From contig NC_068990.1 of assembly GCF_001194135.2 (NCBI RefSeq), positions 42,968,074-43,029,240 on the forward strand: 61,167 nt of DNA, read 5' to 3'. Origin of the DNA: Octopus bimaculoides (taxonomy: Eukaryota). Positions 27,524 through 39,070 of this stretch are shown here, piece by piece. The notes under the pieces are model-generated. The model ran no database searches and was not told where the DNA came from. It saw nothing but the letters and a program-made list of their open reading frames with translations. The stretch's first letter is position 1; every line of letters begins with the position of its first letter. Made by a program: the position numbers and the translations under genes.

Positions 27524-28195
27524 TTGGACACGCTCTTAAAAGAGATATCATGCAAATTATTGACACTTATCTCAATAATGGGAACACAAACAACTATCCT
27601 ACAGGAACTGGAAAAACAATCAATAGATAAGAAAGATATATGCACAAATCTTCATTCAGATATCAAGGATTTATCTGAGACCCTATCAGAAGAAGTAAAA
27701 ACTTCAAGAGAAAGCCTATCACAGTCACCATGGATACAGGAACTTAATGAAACAAATTTAGAAAAAGAAGCTCATCGAAAAAGAAAACAAACTTGGACGA
27801 CATGGAAGAAACATCTTAATATAAGTAAACAAAATTTTTGGAAGGCATACAAATGTAAAAAATATGCTGAGATATACACAGACTGGATTGAATCAGATGT
27901 ACCCATACTTTCCCATAAATTCTTAAAGAAATTATCGGAGAACTGGTGGAAAAAACAAAACTAAGATGGACACTGTCTATGTCAAAATTGAGGACAGACA
28001 CCTGTGTTAATCTAAGTAGAGTCTTGACTTAAGAAAAAATACAAAACGGTGGACAATGAAATAATCGAGGCAATTTCAAAAATAGCCACAGGAAACATAC
28101 CTGAGAAAATGAAAGAGATGTAGATTAAAGATATTACAAAAGAAGAAAGTAAATCAAGACATTTATGGCAAAATAAACAATTACTTGGGGACATG
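27524..28195 (+). pseudogene. N-terminal region of a Penelope-like element ORF, frameshifted and truncated by Tc1
   Basis: WKKHLNISKQNFWKAYKCKKYAEIYTDWIESDVPILSHKFL and, in a shifted frame, KDITKEESKSRHLWQNK resemble PLE ORF N-termini as I recall them; lies downstream of the GIY-YIG. Confidence 0.55.
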
Positions 28196-28199
28196 GCAG

Positions 28200-29011
28200 A
28201 GCAACTTGTTTACTATGGCTGAGCAGCAAGAAAGAAGCTACTTCTTTGACCAGCCAACATCAAGAAGAGAAAAGACTGGGCCAGTGAGATGGTGGAGAGG
28301 CCACTAGCATTTTAGGACACTGTCATATTCTCTGGTGAGTCCAGATTTGCTGTATTTCCTGACAATAGTCGAGCATGGGTCTGGAGACTCTGGGATCAAG
28401 TATTTGATGTGAAAAGATTGCAGCCAACAATGAAACATGGCAACTACTCTGTGATGGTCTGGGGAGCAATTTGGAGCAATGGTTTATTAGAGCTGGTGGA
28501 AAGTGAGGGAAACATAACCTCAGATAAATATATGTCCATATTGCAGAAAGGAATCCTTCCAATCGTCTCCAGTGGTAAAATGATTAAAAAAGACTCTTTA
28601 TTTATGGAAGATGGGGCTCCTTGTCACATGGCTAAAATGACCCAAGATTTGTTAGATGAGAATGGCATTAAAAAGATTCCATGGCCAAGCCAGTCAGCAG
28701 ATATGGACCCTATTAAACACTTCTGAGACATAATGGACACGATATTTCAAAAAAGAACCAGAAAGCATCTTCAAAGCCAGATCTTTTGAGATTACTGCAT
28801 GAAATTTGGCAAGAAATTCTGCAAGAGAATATTCATCATCTGATCAGTAACATGCTCAATAGGGTCCTTGCATTGAAAAATGCAAAGGACATGTCTACTA
28901 AATATTAAATATTCACATTGTAACAACTAATAAATAATTTGAATGTATTATTTCAGATTTAAATAAATTTTAATGATTATAAGGGTGTCTAATTTACTTT
29001 TATCATGTCTG
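28200..29011 (+). mobile_element. Tc1-like DD34E transposon, 5'-truncated and degenerate
   Basis: VIFSGESRF...PTMKHGNYSVMVWGAI...FMEDGAPCH...WPSQSADMDPIKH (34-aa spacing, catalytic E mutated to K)...STKY*; 3' end ...CATGTCTG|TA. Confidence 0.92.
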
Positions 29012-29071
29012 TATATATATATGTGNNNNNNNNNNNNNNNNNNNNNNNNNNNNNNNNNNNNNNAAATGGAA

Positions 29072-29627
29072 AAGGCCGGTTAATGGGATTACCTTAGGCT
29101 TCCCGTCCAAGAAGGGCTTAGCTTTATGGTGTATCGTCAGATCCCAAAAATCTGTTGGCCCATGACTTCTTAAAAATACGGAAGGGGAAATGCCTCACTA
29201 ATTAAGGAAAACAATTGGGGATTATCTCCCTTTGCTATTGGCTATTGACCTGCATTTGTGCCATCATCTTGTGGGCTCCAAAAAGCTAGCAAGAACCTCC
29301 ATAGCTGAATGTGCAAGAATCCTAAAAGACTCACTCGAACCAGGCAACATCCTTAACTCCAAAACAGAGATTTTCAGGCCATGTTTACATTTCAGGAGGT
29401 TCTTGCTAGCTTTTTGCAGCCCACAAGATGGCAGCACAGCCAGAAGTCAATAGCCAATAGCAAAGGAAGATAATCCCTAATTGTTATTTTTGAGTTGTGA
29501 GGCATTTCCCCCTCCATATTTTTAAGAGCTCATGGGCCAACAGGTTTTTGGGATCTGACAATATGCCATAAAGCTAAACCCTTTATGGACGGGAAACCTA
29601 AGGCAATCCCATAAACTGGCCTTCATT
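29072..29627. mobile_element. Fold-back element with ~230-bp inverted arms, each with a hammerhead motif
   Basis: Arms 29072-29300 and 29395-29627 are reverse complements (about 85% by eye). Hammerhead motifs at 29085-29145 (-) and 29550-29610 (+). Confidence 0.85.
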
Positions 29628-30231
29628 GATTTTCTTCTTACACTTCACTTTCTTACATTTCACTTCCACTACATATACCTTTTTCCAAGACATTAGGGTT
29701 TTATTTAATTCACATATTGTTCTATATTTCTCACTTATTTGGTTTCTGCTTTTTTCTTTCCTTTATCCCTCCTCTTTTTATAGGCTACCTTTGACGTTAT
29801 ATCCTCTAACATTTTTTTTAAAACAAATTTAATAGTGTTCAGTTAATCACTTTACATATCCATTATATTCTGTTAGAATGTCTTATTGACGAGTTTCATT
29901 TCTTCATTTCCCGGAAGAGAAGATTAAATTGTTTTACACCATTTTATTCCTTTGGAATAATACCAGTGATATCTTCAAAACATGTGTCGGAAGTAAAAGA
30001 ATTTGAATAACACCTACGTTTAATTCTATTTATTTATTTACATATATTATACAAAATATTTCACGTAAACCCGGAGTTTCTACCTTTAAAAAAAAGGTGT
30101 TACACCCTTTTTACTTGTGTGATCTTTTGCTACCCTGGTAACTGCTTATGTATTTTTTCCGTGCTAATTGTAAACAAGGGAAAAATATACACATCTATTT
30201 ATATGTGTGTGTGTGTGTGTGTGTGTGTATA

Positions 30232-31687
30232 CAGTGTCTCACAGAAGTCTGTATGCCCCTAAAAAATTTCAGTAAAATTACCATTACTCTGATAATATCG
30301 AAGGAAATCAAACAAAATTTATACTGAATAAAATATATTATACATGCAAACATTATACAAATTAAGAACACAAAACAATAAACCTTTTCAAAGATATGAA
30401 CAAAATATTAATTTTCAAATGATACAAAAATATGTTCACCATAAAAAATTATTTGTTATATTTAATATTTGCTGTGACAACCCTTGCTTTCAATGACTTC
30501 ATTAAGTCTTCTGGGCATAGAGTCAACTAAATTTCCACATATAACAATGAAATCAACCTTCAATCATCCTGAATGATGTCTTTCAATTGTGTTACATTGC
30601 GGGGTTTTTTCTCCTCAACCTTCCTTTTCAAAACACCCACGAGATGTTCCGTTGGGTTTAAATCAGGTGACATGGTAGGCCAAGGCAATATCTTTACCTT
30701 TTTATCTGACAGAAATTTAGTCGTCATCTTTGAAGTGTGTTTAGGGTCATTATCATGTTGGAACATGGAATGAATGTCTTCCTAGTTCCTTAATGCTTTT
30801 CAACATTGTTTTCTGCAATATGTCACAATGAAACCTTGAATCGATTGTTTTCTCAATAAATATGAGTCCTCCCACACCAGCTGCACTCATGCAACCCCAA
30901 AGCATAACACTTCCTCCACCGTGTTTCACGGTAGGCATGGTGCATTTGTCACTATTATCTTCACCTGGTTGTAATCATACTCATTCAATACCATCTGACC
31001 CAAACAAATTGATTTTAGTCTTGTCAGAAAAAAAATTTTTTATACCAAAACTCCTTCCCCTCACTCACACAGGTTTCAGCTAAAGACAGACGACTTGATT
31101 TAAGCCTGGCAGTGAGGAGAGGCTTCTTACGAGGAATGTATCCATGAAGACCACACTTCAGCGAACTGTTTGGGTGAATACACTCTTTCTACTAACAGAA
31201 GGCAATTCTTGGGCCAAAGATGAAGTGGCATGATGCCTGTCATCCATCACACAACATTGGATGTGGCAAACATCCTGTGCAGTTAAAATAGAAGAACGAC
31301 TTGGATGATGTTTGTTGCTTAGCCATACAGTAGCTTTGTACTTCTGAATTACTTTGGCAACTGTGTTTATGCTAATATGTATTCGTTTGCTAATTAACTT
31401 GTATTCTAAACCATTCTTGTGCAAATTAAAAATAATTTGTTTCAAATCTTCAGAAATTTCTTTTCCTTTTGGTTCTATTTTAATCACAATGAAGAAGATT
31501 TTTCACCAAGGTACACAAATGAGAATTCCTGCAGATGCAATAACAATGACCGGTGCAAAAATGCCAGAAGAAATAATTTATTAGAATTGAAATTATCAGC
31601 AAAATCTGAATTTAGTAAAAAAGATGGATATGATATTGAATATAGCAAATTTCCTTTAGATTGTACATATTTTTGTAACATTTGAAA
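30232..31687 (-). mobile_element. Tc1-like DD34E transposon with a frameshifted transposase
   Basis: Terminus TA|CAGTGTCTCACAGAAGT. Frames give KGKEISEDLKQII...(HTH), PTVKHGGGSVMLWGCMSAAGVG and FQHDNDPKHTSK...WPTMSPDLNPTEH (D-34-E). The other end lies in the gap. Confidence 0.95.
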
Positions 31688-32244
31688 NNNNNNNNNNNNN
31701 NNNNNNNNNNNNNNNNNNNNNNNNNNNNNNNNNNNNNNNNNNNNNNNNNNNNNNNNNNNNNNNNNNNNNNNNNNNNNNNNNNNNNNNNNNNNNNNNNNNN
31801 NNNNNNNNNNNNNNNNNNNNNNNNNNNNNNNNNNNNNNNNNNNNNNNNNNNNNNNNNNNNNNNNNNNNNNNNNNNNNNNNNNNNNNNNNNNNNNNNNNNN
31901 NNNNNNNNNNNNNNNNNNNNNNNNNNNNNNNNNNNNNNNNNNNNNNNNNNNNNNNNNNNNNNNNNNNNNNNNNNNNNNNNNNNNNNNNNNNNNNNNNNNN
32001 NNNNNNNNNNNNNNNNNNNNNNNNNNNNNNNNNNNNNNNNNNNNNNNNNNNNNNNNNNNNNNNNNNNNNNNNNNNNNNNNNNNNNNNNNNNNNNNNNNNN
32101 NNNNNNNNNNNNNNNNNNNNNNNNNNNNNNNNNNNNNNNNNNNNNNNNNNNNNNNNNNNNNNNNNNNNNNNNNNNNNNNNNNNNNNNNNNNNNNNNNNNN
32201 NNNNNNNNNNNNNNNNNNNNNNNNNNNNNNNNNATATATATATA

Positions 32245-32400
32245 TATACCGGAGTAAGCAGATAAATGTGAAACAAGGTGGAGAAAAGAGTACTCAAGTA
32301 CCAGAGGTAGAGTAAATATGCTTTATTTAAAAGCAGCATAAATATAACAAAAGCTGTTACTCAGAGTTTCACGCTCCCTTTCGTCAGACAGTTTTGTTAA
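32245..32400 (-). repeat. (TA)n-adjacent repeat with a minimal hammerhead motif; probable Penelope pseudo-LTR
   Basis: Minus strand TAACAAAACTGT-CTGACGA-AAGGGAGCGT-GAAACTCTGAGTA-ACAG(C)TTTTGTTA, followed by AATAAA. Confidence 0.65.
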
Positions 32401-32681
32401 CAAAACGATAGATATTAGATATTAGATCTTGATCTTAGCCATAAGACTGAGAAATATATATACGTAATTTAGCGTATGTGTGAGTGTGTGTATTCATGTC
32501 ACTTTGCATATGTTCATATGACATTAACTTGACATCATGCAATAATGGTAAACAAACGTCATGATTTTACTAGGAACAGGAAGGGCATCTGGTCTTAGAA
32601 AAATCTACTCCCAAAATATTTTACTAAACCCATACAAGCATGTACTCTGAAACAATGGGGATGAAATAATGATAATAGTGG

Positions 32682-32725
<44 letters not shown>

Positions 32726-33639
32726 GCAATGACAATGACCATGATGATGGAGTGGTGTGTGTGTGTGTGTGTTTGTGTTTAGATGAACAAATGCTGAAAA
32801 GGAAGGCTCAGTAAATCAATAGCTGCAAAAGCATTTATTTATTCACTCAAAGCTGATGATTCACTCCATGGTTACTCCAATATCCACCCACTGCCACCGC
32901 CACCACTACCACCACCACCACTAACAACAACAACAACAACAACAATTTTATCTTTTACTGTGTGTGTTTCTGTTCAGCCTAAATTAATTAAAGCACAAAA
33001 GTGAGAGAAATTGAGTAATAGTGAAGTGACTCATCATCTTCCAGCAAATATATCTACAAACACACACACACACACACATTGTGTGCAACAGCAGGTATAA
33101 GAAAGCCTGAGATAAATATAATATAGTCTACAGTCTAGAATGCGTGTGCCATGGAAAGTAAACAAATGTTGTGATTTTCTTTGCACTGTGCATATAACAT
33201 TATTGTCATCATCATCATGATCATCATCATTATCACCAGCAGCAGTTTTTCCATGCTTGTGTTGATTAGATGCAAGTTGTCGAGGTAGATTTTCTACAGT
33301 TGGATGCCTTTCCTGTTGCCAACTCTCAAGTGTTTCTAACTAAGGTAATGTTTCTCCATGGCCGCACGTGTTTTCAAGGAATACAAGAAATGAACGACAC
33401 CACTTGTGTGACAGTGATGCTCATTTACAGATATCACATGATATCATAACAAAGAGATACAAGCATTCACACATATATACAATCATATATGCATATGCAT
33501 GTATGTATGTATGTTTGTATAACTGCAGATAGATAGATAGATAGATACACACATGCATATATATATACATTAACATATGTATGCATACATACACACACAA
33601 ACACACGCACACACACACACACACACACATACACATATA

Positions 33640-33830
33640 TAGGATGCGTTGGGTAAATTGTTGCCATTTTAATATTTTTAATTTTGCAAATGCGCATTGC
33701 TTTTCATTTTGTTGACTACACAGTATAGTAGGGTCACTTGGGCCCTGTCTGTGAGAAAAACAGCACCATGATGCAATTCACTCTGCCAGAAATTTGGAAA
33801 CGACATGCTGTACTTCTTGGCATTCATAAA
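33640..33830 (+). mobile_element. 5' end fragment of a DD37D (maT) element
   Basis: TAGGATGCGTTGGGTAAATTG...CAGCACCATGATGCAATTCACTCTGCCAGAAATTTGG matches 59994-60185. Confidence 0.85.
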
Positions 33831-34245
33831 CCTCCAAAATGGAGATGTGTATCAACTCTTCTACATGGCACACTTGAACAATTTTGAAGATCCTTTCACA
33901 TGAAACCATTGGTTGCCTTGTTAAGCTACAAATAAAGAATATTTATCCATCAATGAGGTGTTGGGCACTCATTCTCACTGCTCAGTATTAAGGTATCTGT
34001 GTGTGTGCATGTGTGTGTGTGTGTGTAAATCTGTATATGTATGTATGCATACATGTATGTTTGTATGCATGTATGTTTGTATATATATTTCAGAGAGTAG
34101 AATAAAACAGGAGTGTTGTATTAAAAGCATTTATTGCATCATGAATTACTTAACTTTACATATGTTTCATGAGTAGATATCGGTATGTTATGCAATGATC
34201 ATTATGTAAAAGCATTGCTTAATAAGATTGAAATGGTAGTTCTTC

Positions 34246-34627
34246 GTGGAGGCCCAGTGGTTAGGGCAGCGGACTCATGGTCATAGGATCGCGATTTCGA
34301 TTCCCAGACCGGTCGTTGTGAGTGTTTATTGAGCGAAAACACCTAAAGCTCCACGAGTCTCCAGCAGGGGATGGTGGCGAACCCTGCTGTACTCTTTCAC
34401 CACAACTTTCTCTCACTCTTACTTCCTGTTTCTGTTGTGCCTGTAATTCAAAGGGTCAGCCTTGTCACATTGCGTCACGCTGAATATCCCCGAGAACTAC
34501 GTTAAGGGTACACGTGTCTATGGAGTGCTCAGCCACTTGCACGTTAATTTCACGAGCAGGCTGTTCTGTTGGTCGGATCAACTGGAACCCTCGACGTCGT
34601 AAACGACGGAATGCCAACAACAACAAC
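34246..34627 (+). mobile_element. tRNA-derived SINE family B, full length
   Basis: A box GGCCCAGTGG, B box GATTTCGATTCCC, (CAA)n tail, 11-bp TSD GGTAGTTCTTC (34235-34245 and 34628-34638). Confidence 0.93.
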
Positions 34628-35123
34628 GGTAGTTCTTCAGAGGAATATTGTGTTTCAATTCAGTGCTATTTACCAACATGGAATGGTTGACAGAGTGAAG
34701 ACACAATGGTGTATAAACTTATAAGAAAATTCTTTTTATAGCAATTAAGAATGGGAGTTAGGGTTGAATTTTTTCTCATAACTGACATAGAGAAAATTTT
34801 TTTTATCAATGACATAGAGAAAAAGAAAATGATAAAAAATGTATTCTTCGTTTCTAAGAGGAAAAGGTCAATAATCTAAGCTGTCATAGTTCAAAGAAAT
34901 TTCTAAGTTAACCATGATAAATGGTTTAGAGGACAGTCGTGATAAGTGTGACTAGAAAATTAGTAAGTGCAAAGCAGGTACACGTAGAATATATATACTT
35001 ATACACATACATATACACACATACACACACATATGTATATATCCATACATCTAAGCATACACATGTATGAAAACCTGTGTAAGTTCAAATATGTATGTGT
35101 GTGTGTGTGTGTAAATATATACC

Positions 35124-35440
35124 CTCAGTGGTGGACTGGGTCTAAAGATATTGGTTGCTAGGAAACTAAGGTGGGGCCCACCCACAAAAACAAGGCCCAC
35201 CCGCAACTACAAGGGGGCCCACCCGCAAAAACAATTTTTTTTTTTTTTTTTTTTTTTTTTTGTTAAAAGTATTCTTTTCAACTGTCTACAGACAGCCAGG
35301 CTGAAATAATTAATGCAGTCTTCCAGGAGTGAATAAAAGAATTCACAAACTTGAGGGGATAGGCCCCTTAGATACTAACATGAGCCCCCATATATGGATT
35401 CTAATGGTGCAGGGGCCCTCTTGCCATCGGGCAAGCTGGC
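35124..35440. mobile_element. Possible hAT-like MITE fragment
   Basis: Starts CAGTGGTGGACTGG; three GGCCCACCCRCAA subterminal repeats and further GGGGCCC motifs; no clear second TIR. Confidence 0.4.
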
Positions 35441-37332
35441 AAACAGTAACATACAATAAGATATTATAATAATATATTAATATATTAAGATATATTAAAT
35501 ACAATATAATATAGGTGGCTATAGCAATTAAAATCAAAAAAGGAGAAATTAAGAATTGAGGGTGTAAAATAGTACCTACAATTGCTAGAAATGAGAGCCA
35601 AAATTTAATTCAAACAGCCACACAGAAGCACTAACCTTATGAAATATTTGGGACTGTGAGCAGCAAGCCACATCTTTCTTTGATGAGATACCCTCACAGA
35701 ATGATGCAGTTTGATATATATATTTGGATGTATACCACCTATCTCTTATCTCCTACTTGTTTCAGCCATTAGACTGTAGGGCCACCAGGGCACAGCTTTG
35801 AAGAAATTTTAGTCAAATGAATCGACCCCAATACTTTTTTTAACATTAGTACTCCTTTGATGAACCGCTAAATTATAAAGATGTAAGCGCACCAACACCA
35901 GTTGTCAAGCAGTGGTGGGAGACAAACACAGGCACTAAGACCCATGCACACACACACATGCACATATACTGACACACATAAAATGTATACAGCGAGAGTC
36001 TTTCAGTTTCCGAGTAACAAATCCACTCACTAGGCTTTGGCTAGCCCAAGGCTATAGTAAAAGACATTTGCCCCCAGTGTCATGCAATGGGACTGAGCCC
36101 AGAATTGTGCAGTTGGGATATACATTCATATATATAACCAGAAATTGCACTCAAGAAAGTAGCTTTAATTTTTTAGTTCATTCAACTTTTCTCAACTGAT
36201 CAATAGACCAGTTGAGAAACCTATCAGTAACGAACCTATAATGACTACTGGAAATAGCAGTAAGCCAAATTTACTCCAATAAAAAAATAATNNNNNNNNN
36301 NNNNNNNNNNNNNNNNNNNNNNNNNNNNNNNNNNNNNNNNNNNNNNNNNNNNNNNNNNNNNNNNNNNNNNNNNNNNNNNNNNNNNNNNNNNNNNNNNNNN
36401 NNNNNNNNNNNNNNNNNNNNNNNNNNNNNNNNNNNNNNNNNNNNNNNNNNNNNNNNNNNNNNNNNNNNNNNNNNNNNNNNNNNNNNNNNNNNNNNNNNNN
36501 NNNNNNNNNNNNNNNNNNNNNNNNNNNNNNNNNNNNNNNNNNNNNNNNNNNNNNNNNNNNNNNNNNNNNNNNNNNNNNNNNNNNNNNNNNNNNNNNNNNN
36601 NNNNNNNNNNNNNNNNNNNNNNNNNNNNNNNNNNNNNNNNNNNNNNNNNNNNNNNNNNNNNNNNNNNNNNNNNNNNNNNNNNNNNNNNNNNNNNNNNNNN
36701 NNNNNNNNNNNNNNNNNNNNNNNNNNNGGGGGGGGGGGTGCTATCACAAAAAAGCACTTAAGTCACCCCATGTGAAAACAAATGATGAGGGTCATATCCC
36801 AATAAACCCACACTATTGAGAGAAAGAATAAGTAGCAAAAATATCTACCAAGATGACAGGAAACAGACACTGGTATTTGAGCCAAAAATGGAAGTTTACT
36901 GAAGCTGTCCTGTGAGAGAATATAAAATAGCTGAAGCCATTTCTAGCAGAATTTGCATGCGCTTGCTGAAAGATTATTTCAGGAAACATTTCTGATAGAT
37001 TCTAACACATAACAGTAGATCTAAGCCATCAACAGTGATGGCTATTTTAACCATATTCTTCAGATGAGTAATCCTTTTAGTAATAAAATTAAAGCATTTT
37101 CTTAACCGTTCCTCATTTGCAAGGTTTTCTTTCCTATAATACACATTTCTCTTAATTCAATGCAATTTTGAACAATAAATTCATTTGTATATATGGCTGC
37201 ATGGAGAAATCCAATAAATTCAGCCAAAGTTCAGAACAGACATATGACAAGCAGAGGTGGTTGCGAATCTTTTGTATTTAAGAAAGAATATTTGACTGGC
37301 ATAAGTGTGTGCACATGCGTGTGAGTGTGTGT

Positions 37333-37378
<46 letters not shown>

Positions 37379-37626
37379 GCTGTCTCAGACTCCATAAGTC
37401 AGGAAAAAATGCTGTTGTATATCTGTGGGTATATTAATTGAAGTATACAGAAGTATATATCCATTACAGCCAATCTTAGCAATTGGCTCACACTAGGGGT
37501 TCAATAAAGTGTTAGGCAACAGTCTGATTATGTAACCATGCACTCATCAAAGGTAGCTGCTATGGAATGAAATATGGTGACTACTCTCTATTGCTGAAGG
37601 TGTATATATATACAAACACACCACAC

Positions 37627-37665
<39 letters not shown>

Positions 37666-37679
37666 TACATATATATACT

Positions 37680-38950
37680 AAATTCCACAGGTTCCCTCTA
37701 CTGCTAGGGTGTGACACTTTTTCTCACAGCTGTCCTCATCCATTTGCGACACATGACCATACCAGCGCAGTTGTCTCTCTTGTACACCACATCTGATGCT
37801 TCTTAGGTCCAACTTTTCTCTCAGGGCGCTTACACTCTGTTGTGTATGCTCACTGGTATTACACATCCAGTGGAGCATACTGGCTTCATTCCTTGCAAGC
37901 TTACGCCCGTCCTCAACAGTCACAGCTCATGTTTCACTGCCATGTAGCATGGCTGTTCGCACACATACATCATGCAGTCTACTTTTCACTCTGAACGAGA
38001 GGTATTTTGTCACCAGCAGTGGTAGGAGCTCTCTGAACTTTTCCCAGACTATTCTTATTCTAGCAGCTACACTTTCAGAGCATCTACCCCTGTTACTGAC
38101 TTGGTCACCTAGGTAATGGAAGCTATCAACTACTTCTAGTTTTTCTCCCTGGAATGTGGCAGAAGTTGTTCTCTGCACATTTTCAGCGTTTATTGCTCCT
38201 GAGCATTTGCCACATACAAAATCTATCTTCCCAGTTAGCCTTCCTTTGATATTGCTGCACCTCTTATGTGTCCATAGCTTACACTGGGTATATCTTATGG
38301 AGTTTCTACCTATGCCTTTTCTACAGATCGAGCAAAATCATCTACCTGAAGGGATTTGTGGTTTGTCTGCCTTCCTACTTATTAAGACTTTGGTTTTTGC
38401 TAGATTGACTCTAAGGCCCTTCGATTCTAGACCTTGCTTCCACACCTGAAACTTCTTCTCTAGTTTTGATAGTGACTCAGCTATTAGAGCAAGGTCATCA
38501 GCATAGAGGAGTTCCCAGGGACAGCCTGTCTTGAATTTCTCTGTTATTGCCTAGAAGACTATGATGAATAAGTGGGGGCTGAGGACTGATCTTTGGTGGA
38601 CCCCTACCCCTACCCAGGATTCTTCACCGTACTCATTGCTAACCCTCACCTTACTGATAGCATTTCTGTACATGGCTTGTACAGCTCTCACTAACCATTC
38701 ATCTATCCCTAGTTTTCTCGTTGACCACCAGATAAGGGATCGGGGGACCCTGTCAAAGGCTTTCTCATGTCAATGAAAGCTAGGTACAGAGATTTATCAT
38801 TGGCTAGGTGTTTTTCCTGCAGTTGTCTTACAAGGAATATAGCATCAATAGTGCTTTTCCCTGGTACAAACCCAAACTGCATCTCATCTAGACTGACTCT
38901 CTCCCTAATTAGTTGGGCTACGACCCTCTCTGTAGCTTTCATTACCTCGT
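37680..38950 (-). mobile_element. RTE-clade LINE, 5'-truncated, with a degenerate RT domain
   Basis: VSLDEMQFGFVPGKSTIDAIFLVRQLQEKH...LAFIDM, GCPWELLYADDLA (about 38488-38527), GEKLEVVDSFHYLGDQ, LRWYGHVSQMDEDSCEKKCHTLAVEGTC. Confidence 0.95.
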
Positions 38951-39070
38951 GACTTTCATTTATATATATATAATTTTTAGATATGTATAAATTTATATAT
39001 ATAATTTCTTGAATGCATATCTGAATTTATATCTATAACTTATAAATATATACAGATTTATATATGTATA

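Noticed and set aside
29880-29920. Minus-strand TGAAGA...GAAACTCGTC
   Set aside because: C3 and stems I/II are missing; too degenerate to call.
34246-34320. tRNA gene
   Set aside because: A and B boxes belong to a SINE head followed by body, tail and TSD.
36190-36235. CTGATCA...GAAAC...GTA with a local hairpin
   Set aside because: G8 is mutated and stem I does not pair; a simple 10-bp inverted repeat explains it.
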